Shown here: piece by piece, positions 57,539-64,000 of the stretch | How the letters are laid out: the number at the start of each line of letters is the position of its first letter | Position numbering within the stretch: position 1 is the stretch's first letter | Assembly (NCBI GenBank): GCA_947450545.1 | Contig: CANFVU010000002.1 | Location: 15,266 to 79,265 of the forward strand | Length of the DNA: 64,000 nucleotides | Direction of reading: 5' to 3' | Origin: Actinomycetota bacterium | GTDB taxonomy: Bacteria > Actinomycetota > Actinomycetes > Nanopelagicales > Nanopelagicaceae | Notes under the pieces: model-generated | Told to the model about the DNA's origin: nothing | Seen by the model: the letters and a program-made list of their open reading frames with translations, nothing else | Databases searched by the model: none | Translations under genes and position numbers: made by a program

Positions 57539-58872
57539 TAGAGAGCACCCGTTCCTTTTGAAAGTCCGTGTTGCTCTTCTGGTTTGAGTGCATCAACCAA
57601 GTCATCGGCAAGAATACGTCCTACAGGTTTTCCCTTTTCGTCGATGACGACAATCGAAGCTCCTCGGTTATTCGAGAATTCTTCAATAACTTCTTCGAGA
57701 GGTGAATCAATATTGACCGCAGTTGGGTATGGAGGTCCAATGAGAGTCGCCAGCAAATCTGAAGATTTTGCAGCAACTAACTCGATGATTTGAATGTGAT
57801 CGCGCAATTTACCTTTGGCATCGACGATGACAACTCCGTCGGAGATATCTCGATCGCGGCTTTCTACGAGTGCTTTAAGCGCTGAGGAGACCGTATCTTC
57901 TTCATGGGCAATGACCATATGCGTGGTCATAATTCCGCCTGCAAGAGTTTCATCAAATGAAATCAATTGGCGAAGTTGCTTTGCCATCTTGGTATCCATG
58001 GCTTTCAAAATATCTTCACGGTGTTCATCATCCAAGTCACGCAGAACTTCAGCAGATTCATCTGGTTCCATGCGACTGAGGAGTTCGGCAGCGCGATCTT
58101 CAGACATACCGCGGAGCAAACCTTGGAGTTCGTCGTCTTCCATTTCCTCAAGTGCGTCAGCAGCAAGCTCAGGGTCCAACATTTCAATCAGAGCGCTTTG
58201 TTCCCGGCCAGCTAAGTCTTCAATCAAGTCAGCAAGGTCTGCAGGACGAAGTTGTGAAAGCGCAGTTTTTGAGCCAGAAGTTTTTACAACACCTGAAGTA
58301 TCAGCAAGCGACGCAACTGTGGACCAATCCAAAACATGTTGAGGAGTTGCGCGACGGCCGAGAGCACCTGGAAAGATACGGCGCAAGAAAGTAACAAAGG
58401 AAATATCTACACCAACAACGCGAATTTCTTTATCGAGTGGGGCAAGATAAAGGTCAGATGAGCGAACAACTCGAAGGCCATTCACATCAACAATTTGGTG
58501 ATCCAAAACATCGCCATCAAGAAGTGACTCACCTTCACGTCGTTGGTAATCCGTAAGGTTGATAGTGGTCGATGAAAGGCGAATTTCATTGTGCGTCAGT
58601 TTTGCAATACGTGCGCCATCAATAAATGATTTACGTTGCCCAACTTTGACAATCAACCCTGATACTGGCGGATATGCATCGTGGCCATGTCGCACAACAA
58701 CATCTACAAGACGACCAATGTCGCGACCATCTTCATTTCGAACTGGGCAGCCAATCAAACCGGCGAGAGATACAAGTGAGTCCCGAATGCTCTTGCGCGC
58801 AAGAACGCGATCGACTTTTGTGTTCGATTGGGTTGCCACCTTGGCGGTTGCGAGCTTCGGTGACTTTTGCAT
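57538..58872 (-). CDS. Soluble PRC-barrel + MgtE N-terminal domain + CBS-pair protein (no membrane domain)
   Basis: 444 aa. It has a PRC-like segment VRNEDGRDIGRLVDVVV and an acidic MgtE_N-like helical segment (LADLIEDL...EMLDPELAADALEEMEDDEL...AELLSRMEPDESAEVL). Two CBS-like repeats follow. Its stop overlaps the NRAMP start (TAATG). Confidence 0.7.
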   Translation of the reverse strand: MQKSPKLATAKVATQSNTKVDRVLARKSIRDSLVSLAGLIGCPVRNEDGRDIGRLVDVVVRHGHDAYPPVSGLIVKVGQRKSFIDGARIAKLTHNEIRLSSTTINLTDYQRREGESLLDGDVLDHQIVDVNGLRVVRSSDLYLAPLDKEIRVVGVDISFVTFLRRIFPGALGRRATPQHVLDWSTVASLADTSGVVKTSGSKTALSQLRPADLADLIEDLAGREQSALIEMLDPELAADALEEMEDDELQGLLRGMSEDRAAELLSRMEPDESAEVLRDLDDEHREDILKAMDTKMAKQLRQLISFDETLAGGIMTTHMVIAHEEDTVSSALKALVESRDRDISDGVVIVDAKGKLRDHIQIIELVAAKSSDLLATLIGPPYPTAVNIDSPLEEVIEEFSNNRGASIVVIDEKGKPVGRILADDLVDALKPEEQHGLSKGTGAL

Positions 58873-58893
58873 GGGTAAATCTTACGTGCAGGA

Positions 58894-60021
58894 TCAGGTA
58901 TGAAGCGAAAGGGGCACTCCCACTAGCGAGCGGCGCTGCTTCATCAACTGATCAACAATTGAATATATGGCAACGGCTGCATGACTTTCTGGCGCTGAGA
59001 GCACTATTGGCTGGCCATCATCGCCTCCAACACGGAGGGCAGGGTCGAATGGGACGCTACCTAATAGAGAAACATCTGCTCCAACGAGAGTGGATAGGCG
59101 TCGCGCAGTTTCTGCGCCGCCTCCTGAGCCAAAGAGAGAGATTGATTCGCCGCACTTTGGACAATTGATATCAGACATATTTTCTACAACGCCGACAATA
59201 TGTTGCTTCAATTGATGAGCAATACGTCCTGCGCGTTCTGCAACTTCAGCAGCGGCAATTTGTGGAGTTGTGACAACTAAAATTTCTGATGCTGGAATCA
59301 ATTGACCCAAGCTAATTGCAATATCGCCAGTTCCAGGTGGAAGATCAAGAAGAAGTAAATCTAAATCTCCCCAGTATGCATCGCTCAATAGTTGCTCAAG
59401 CACTCTATGCAAAAGTGGTCCGCGGTAAGCAACAGGATCTGCTCGGTCAGGCTTGAACATCTCCATCGACACAACTTTGACTCCATTGCTTTCCAATGGA
59501 ATAAATGTTTGATCGATTGCAGTTGGGCGTTGACCCACAAGATTCATCAATCGAGGAACGGAGTGTCCATAAACATCGGCATCCAAGATTCCAACTTTGA
59601 GACCTCGTTTTGCTGCAGCAACCGCGAGATTGACGGTAAGAGAAGATTTACCGACTCCCCCTTTGCCAGAGGCAATGCCAATAACGCGTGTTAACGAATC
59701 AGGTTGGGCAAAAGGAATGAATTTTTCAACGCCACCGTGAAGTAATTTCTTCACGTTGTTGCGCTGCTCTTCATTCATCACGCCAAATTCAAGTTCTACC
59801 TTTGCAATCTCTTCGATGCGGGCAAGAGCTGCTTCAACATCGTTCTTTAATCGATCGCGCATTGGACAACCTGAAATAGTGAGAAGCACTTTGATGCTGG
59901 CAACTCCGCCGTTGAAAGCGACGCTTTCAATCATTCCTAAATCAGGAAGAGGTCTGCGTAATTCAGGATCTGAGACTGTCGCTAATTCAGCATGAATACG
60001 TTCAATAATTGTCTGTGTCAT
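58894..60021 (-). CDS. mrp: Mrp/ApbC Fe-S cluster carrier ATPase
   Basis: 375 aa. It has an N-terminal DUF59-like domain, the motif IASGKGGVGKSSLTVNLA and a CPKCG motif. Confidence 0.9.
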   Translation of the reverse strand: MTQTIIERIHAELATVSDPELRRPLPDLGMIESVAFNGGVASIKVLLTISGCPMRDRLKNDVEAALARIEEIAKVELEFGVMNEEQRNNVKKLLHGGVEKFIPFAQPDSLTRVIGIASGKGGVGKSSLTVNLAVAAAKRGLKVGILDADVYGHSVPRLMNLVGQRPTAIDQTFIPLESNGVKVVSMEMFKPDRADPVAYRGPLLHRVLEQLLSDAYWGDLDLLLLDLPPGTGDIAISLGQLIPASEILVVTTPQIAAAEVAERAGRIAHQLKQHIVGVVENMSDINCPKCGESISLFGSGGGAETARRLSTLVGADVSLLGSVPFDPALRVGGDDGQPIVLSAPESHAAVAIYSIVDQLMKQRRSLVGVPLSLHT

Positions 60022-60335
60022 AGGAGGTCAGGATCAATCTGAGCTTTCTTCTTATCGAGCGTGAGCCCGGTGTTGAGCTCAGATGTGATGTCATCCAAGG
60101 AATTTCCAAGCGTTTTCTTAATAAGTTTCTTTGGATGAAGATCAGTTACCTGCAAATCTTCAAAGCCAGGTCCTAAATTTTCTCGAAGCTCTGCAGTTGC
60201 TGCATTCGCAATTCCGCGAAGTCGTTTCACAAGCTTTGCAGCATCTGTTGCAACATGTGGAAGTCGATCAGGGCCAATGAGAAAAAGCGCCAAGACAAGA
60301 AGAGTGAGAAACTCACCAGCGCCGATACCGAACAT
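60018..60335 (-). CDS. tatB: Twin-arginine translocase subunit TatB/TatA-family
   Basis: 105 aa. The N-terminus MFGIGAGEFLTLLVLALFLIGPDRLP is followed by an amphipathic helix. It is coupled to mrp. Confidence 0.8.
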   Translation of the reverse strand: MFGIGAGEFLTLLVLALFLIGPDRLPHVATDAAKLVKRLRGIANAATAELRENLGPGFEDLQVTDLHPKKLIKKTLGNSLDDITSELNTGLTLDKKKAQIDPDLL

Positions 60336-60360
60336 AGAGAAAGCCTACCGCTTGCTGGCC

Positions 60361-60969
60361 TTACGACTTAGTGGCGAGCAGCACACCTTGGCCGATAGGA
60401 AGGAGCGTAGATGTCCAACGAGAATCTTCTTTTACGAAACGGATTCCGTCGCGTCGAGAGATACTTTCAAAATCGCGTTGGGTGGGGTCAGCGACTTTAC
60501 CTCCGCTAAGAGCATGATCGATGAAGAGTGTGCCACCAGAGCGCAGTAAGCGATGGGCTTCTTGAACAAAATCCATTAGATCTGCGGCAGGGCGCACAAC
60601 AACTAAATCATAATTTCCGTCAGCAAGCTTGCTTACTACTTCCAAAATATTTCCTGTTATCAATCGATATCTCGCAGCGGCAATGCCGTTTTCATCGAAA
60701 GAATCTCGGGCACTCGCTGAATGTTCGCGTTCAGTGTCGATAGAAGTTAAAACTCCATCTTTTGGCATGCCTTGGAAGAGCCACAAACCGCTTACGCCAG
60801 AGCCTGTACCGATTTCAACAACTGATTTTGCGTTGAGAGATTTAGCTACATACTGAAGCAGTGCTCCCACCGCAGGCGATGGATCGCTTGCACCCATTTC
60901 AACGCCATTCGCGCGCGCTTGCTGTAAATGAATTTCTTCGCGTGCAAAAGATTCTGAGTATGCAGTCAT
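60361..60969 (-). CDS. Class I SAM-dependent O-methyltransferase (caffeoyl-CoA OMT-like)
   Basis: The SAM motif VVEIGTGSGVSGLWL is present, with a DxD-type metal-site context. I prefer the start at MTAYSES (60969), which avoids overlapping pepA. The track ORF extends to 61008. Confidence 0.75.
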   Translation of the reverse strand: MTAYSESFAREEIHLQQARANGVEMGASDPSPAVGALLQYVAKSLNAKSVVEIGTGSGVSGLWLFQGMPKDGVLTSIDTEREHSASARDSFDENGIAAARYRLITGNILEVVSKLADGNYDLVVVRPAADLMDFVQEAHRLLRSGGTLFIDHALSGGKVADPTQRDFESISRRDGIRFVKEDSRWTSTLLPIGQGVLLATKS

Positions 60970-60989
60970 ATCACCGCGGTTGTGAAGCG

Positions 60990-62489
60990 TCATAGTGAAG
61001 CAATCCATTCAATAAGAAGGCGTGGTCCAAATCCAGTTCCACCTTTGACAAATTCACCGGCATCAACATCTGAGCGGCCAGTACCTGCAATATCCAAATG
61101 AACCCAATTTCTCTTACCTACAAACTTTTCAAGGAAGAGCGCTGCAGTAATTGATCCCCCGCTGAAATGACCCTTTGATGCGATATGACTTACATCAGCA
61201 ATATCGCTCTCGAGGCCAGGTGAATAATCATCGACCAGTGGCATATGCCAAACGCGATCACCACTTGCGATACCAGCTTCAAAGAGTTTCTTTGCGAGTT
61301 TCTTATCGCGTGTGTACATCGCTGCGTAGTGACGACCAAGTCCCAACGTTGCAGCACCTGTAAGAGTTGCAACATCAATTAAATAATCAGGATTGAGTTC
61401 GAGATTTGCATATCCGAGTCCATCCGCGAGAACGAGGCGACCTTCTGCATCGGTATCAAGAACTTCCACAGTGGTGCCGTCATATTGAGTGATGACATCA
61501 GATGGGCGCTGTGACGTGCCAGAAAGAGCGTTTTCAGCGCACATCATCAAGGCAGTTACACGCACTTTTGGTTTGATATCTGGCATCGCCATAACAGTTG
61601 ATAACACTGCAGCAGCTCCCGCCATATCGCTTTTCATTGCAGTCATGATGTCGTAGGGGCGCTTTAAAGAAACTCCGCCAGTATCGAATGTGATTCCTTT
61701 TCCAACCAAGACGACAAGCGGCCATCTGCTTGAACCTTTGGGTGCATATGAAATTTCAATCATTCGAGGACCTGGGTTAGGTGAAGATCCGCCGACTGCA
61801 CGCAACCCACCAAATTTATCGAGCTCTCGACCGGAGAGAACTTTGACAGCAATACCGTTCTTCTTCGCTGCGATTGATTTTGCTTGCGTTGCGAGCCATG
61901 CCGGAGTTTTAATATTTGAAGGCGTATGAATTAAATCCCGAGCTGTGTAAATCGCATCGACCAGAACTCTTGCTTTCTCCATCTCGGCAGAAAAATCGCC
62001 AAAGAAAGTTATAGTGCAAGTCTTTTTAGAAGTAGATTTCTTGTCGGTCTTTAAACTCCATACATATTGCGAAAGAGAGAGCGCAACTGCGCAAGCTGTG
62101 ACATTCTCGCGCTTCGCAATCATGCCATTGAGAATATGAAAACCAGTGCCTTTAACTTTTCTACCAAGCGAAGCTCCTGCTTTACGAAGATCATCGCGGC
62201 TCTCTGAACCAACACCGACAAGATAGATGCGTGCAATTCCATCGTCAGCACCAACAGGCAGCTCGATAATTTCTCCTGCTTTTCCAGTGAAGTCAGGCCA
62301 CAAAGAAATTTCTGTTGCAAGATTGACGCCAAAGCGATCGACGACAGATTTGCTGACAGCGTTGGTGAGCGCAACAGGGCCATCCTCCGTGAGTTTTACT
62401 CCGATAGCGATAGCGTCGAGACCATTCCAGGTCGCGAGGAGTTTAGAATCATCGCTAGAGGCAAGTACGGGAGAGATGGCTTTTTTCAC
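60990..62489 (-). CDS. pepA: Leucyl aminopeptidase (M17)
   Basis: 499 aa. VGKGITFDTGG, DMAGAAAV and the DTDAEGRLVLAD motifs are present. Confidence 0.92.
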   Translation of the reverse strand: MKKAISPVLASSDDSKLLATWNGLDAIAIGVKLTEDGPVALTNAVSKSVVDRFGVNLATEISLWPDFTGKAGEIIELPVGADDGIARIYLVGVGSESRDDLRKAGASLGRKVKGTGFHILNGMIAKRENVTACAVALSLSQYVWSLKTDKKSTSKKTCTITFFGDFSAEMEKARVLVDAIYTARDLIHTPSNIKTPAWLATQAKSIAAKKNGIAVKVLSGRELDKFGGLRAVGGSSPNPGPRMIEISYAPKGSSRWPLVVLVGKGITFDTGGVSLKRPYDIMTAMKSDMAGAAAVLSTVMAMPDIKPKVRVTALMMCAENALSGTSQRPSDVITQYDGTTVEVLDTDAEGRLVLADGLGYANLELNPDYLIDVATLTGAATLGLGRHYAAMYTRDKKLAKKLFEAGIASGDRVWHMPLVDDYSPGLESDIADVSHIASKGHFSGGSITAALFLEKFVGKRNWVHLDIAGTGRSDVDAGEFVKGGTGFGPRLLIEWIASL

Positions 62490-62509
62490 ATCTCCGAACT
62501 TAACGAATT

Positions 62510-63370
62510 ATGGAGGTGAATGTGAACTGGATGGACCCCGTGTGGCGCGATTGGTTGCTCACGTGGCCTCTTCTCCTCTTTTTCTTCGCAATCGGACAAG
62601 AACTTCGAATTGAAGCATCGCGGCATACTGATCGACGTCACCTCATCGCACCTATCGCTGCCGCTGCAGGCGGGATGCTGATTCCTGCGCTCACATATCT
62701 TGCACTCTCACATTTCACAGATGCACCTCGCGAAGCATGGGGTATTCCGATGGCAACTGACCTGCCTTTTGTGCTGATTGCCCTCGCTCTCTTCCCAACC
62801 CGGATTCAAAAGCGGCTACGCATCTTTCTCTTAACGTTGGCTATCGCCGATGACATCGGCTCAATTCTCGTATTAGGTGTTGTGACTTCTTCCCAAGGTG
62901 GAATTCACCCAACAATTCTCGGCACGATTCTTGGACTTGCATGGGGCGCTCGAGGTTATGCAATAATGAAAAAAATTGCGTACTACTTTATTTTGCCAAT
63001 CTTTTTGGCTGCTAGTTTCTCAACGACATTTATTTTTACATGGAATTCGATAAGCAACCCACTTGTCTGGCAATTAATCGTTGCCCGAATCGTTGGCAAG
63101 CCAATTGGTATCGCATTAGGGGCTCTTCTTGGTTACGTGTTACTGCGCATGGCACACGAGCATGCGATGAGATTGAAACTTCGAGAATTGATCATCGCTG
63201 GTTTGATTGCCACATTTGGACTTGATGTAGCTTTGATCTTTGCAAACGTTGCTTTGCACAGCCCAGCAGAAAAATCTTTAGCAATTATGGGAATTGTGCT
63301 GACTATTCCAGTTTCAATAGTCGGAGTGTTTTTTGCTCGTTACTTTTTAACGAGAGCAACAGCCGCCTGA
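62510..63370 (+). CDS. Shortened NhaA-like Na+/H+ antiporter homologue (possibly decaying)
   Basis: 286 aa against about 390 aa for canonical NhaA. Conserved blocks FFFAIGQELRIE, GIPMATDLPF, LAIADDIGSILVL and IVGKPIGI are present. The first ~58 aa (TM I-II) and a ~40-aa segment after the DD motif have no counterpart here. An in-frame stop lies at 62501-62503. Confidence 0.55.
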   Translation: MEVNVNWMDPVWRDWLLTWPLLLFFFAIGQELRIEASRHTDRRHLIAPIAAAAGGMLIPALTYLALSHFTDAPREAWGIPMATDLPFVLIALALFPTRIQKRLRIFLLTLAIADDIGSILVLGVVTSSQGGIHPTILGTILGLAWGARGYAIMKKIAYYFILPIFLAASFSTTFIFTWNSISNPLVWQLIVARIVGKPIGIALGALLGYVLLRMAHEHAMRLKLRELIIAGLIATFGLDVALIFANVALHSPAEKSLAIMGIVLTIPVSIVGVFFARYFLTRATAA

Positions 63371-63519
63371 AGAACGTTACCAAGGTTGGTCGCTTCTTCG
63401 AGGTTGAGCTCAACTACAAGGCGTCCTCCGCCTTCTAGAGGAATACGCATGATGTATGAGCGCGCTTCCTTTGTTACTTCCATGGGTCCATCACCAGTAC
63501 GTGGCTTCATGGCTGCCAT
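63340..63519 (-). CDS. DUF3117-family small protein (59 aa, below ORF-track cutoff)
   Basis: My translation is MAAMKPRTGDGPMEVTKEARSYIMRIPLEGGGRLVVELNLEEATNLGNVLQAAVALVKK. AAAGGAG lies upstream. The pattern MAAMKPRTGDGP...PLEGGGRLVVEL is highly conserved in actinobacteria. Confidence 0.8.
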   Translation of the reverse strand: MAAMKPRTGDGPMEVTKEARSYIMRIPLEGGGRLVVELNLEEATNLGNVLQAAVALVKK

Positions 63520-63643
63520 GTCGAACTCCTTTATTTAGTAAACGCTGTAAATGAATCTCGTTTAAGGGGAGAAGTATCTCAAAGAGATGGCCTACAAGTG
63601 AAATCGGCAAAATCGCTCCGAAAATTAAGCGTGAAATCCCGCC

Positions 63644-63823
63644 TTACTTGAGGGCTTTTAAGAGTTGTGCTTTGCCAAGTGCGATAACAGTTTCAACCGC
63701 TTTCTGTGGTACACCAAGTGCCGCAGCAATTTCCTCAGGACTTTTCCCCCGCAGATAATGCGCAGTCAAAATTATTCGTTGCTCCTCGGGAAGGCTGTCG
63801 AGCAGCTGTGCGAGGGTAGGCAT
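63644..63823 (-). CDS. Stand-alone sigma-70 region-4-like HTH miniprotein (59 aa)
   Basis: My translation is MPTLAQLLDSLPEEQRIILTAHYLRGKSPEEIAAALGVPQKAVETVIALGKAQLLKALK. It resembles ECF sigma region 4.2 (LPE.QR..L...Y..G.S..EIA..LG). No region 2 is found upstream. Confidence 0.55.
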   Translation of the reverse strand: MPTLAQLLDSLPEEQRIILTAHYLRGKSPEEIAAALGVPQKAVETVIALGKAQLLKALK

Positions 63824-63852
63824 ATGACTAGGTTACTCGTCGTTACTAGTCG

Positions 63853-64000
63853 CTACTTGCCGGCACAGGCGTCGAGCGCCTCATTTACCTGAGTAGTCCA
63901 TGAGACTAAGTGCGCCTGACCACTCTTCATAAAATTGAGTGATGCCAGATGATCGAGAGCTGTTTGGAGAGGTCCATAAGCACCAGTGGGATCGCAGACT
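63853..64000 (-). CDS. C-terminal end of an unidentified protein (gene continues beyond the window)
   Basis: The minus-strand frame is open from the window edge and ends ...VCDPTGAYGPLQTALDHLASLNFMKSGQAHLVSWTTQVNEALDACAGK, with the stop at 63853-63855. No family was recognised. Confidence 0.3.
   Translation of the reverse strand, partial: VCDPTGAYGPLQTALDHLASLNFMKSGQAHLVSWTTQVNEALDACAGK

Overview
This 64-kb window appears to come from a compact, low-GC Actinomycetota chromosome. GC looks mid-40s % by eye and was not computed. The taxon call rests on WhiB, MtrAB, MshB, DUF3499/3107/3117, SecA, and synteny with the Mycobacterium Rv1177-1232 and Rv3235-3264 regions; a freshwater acI/Nanopelagicales-like organism is only an inference. 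Coding density is very high, with many 1-4 nt start/stop overlaps and several overlapping convergent 3' ends. No CRISPR array, transposase, integrase or prophage was seen.

Core content:
- pstCA with a PHO-box-like promoter; orn; tRNA-His; ppa-amt-glnK; tRNA-Lys.
- A complete hydroxyproline catabolic cluster.
- A fructose PTS operon with split IIA, IIB and IIC subunits, plus ptsHI.
- pdtaS, secA, mtrAB (no lpqB), ahcY and manB.
- A GT2/DUF5719/DUF3499/whiB envelope block.
- manC-dapC-fdxA, a CysS/MshC-like ligase, mshB, mrp-tatB, pepA and a shortened NhaA-like gene.

The least ordinary region is the roughly 10-kb segment after tRNA-Lys (5.1-15.5 kb). It holds a SOUL-family protein, a secreted PHI-1/EXORDIUM-like protein and a tiny lipoprotein ORF. 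An atypical LuxR-type two-component system there is transcribed divergently from a four-gene operon. That operon encodes a 1,186-aa modular collagen-like fibre, a membrane protein with a histone-like lysine/alanine tail, a 2-TM coiled-coil protein, and a MotB-like protein that keeps the channel aspartate. I flag this as the best candidate for an undescribed envelope system.

A second candidate is a cytosolic MgtE-N/CBS sensor-domain protein translationally coupled to an NRAMP-family transporter that lacks the transition-metal Met/Asn ligands, which suggests a Mg2+ module.

All family assignments come from motif recognition by eye. No searches were run.
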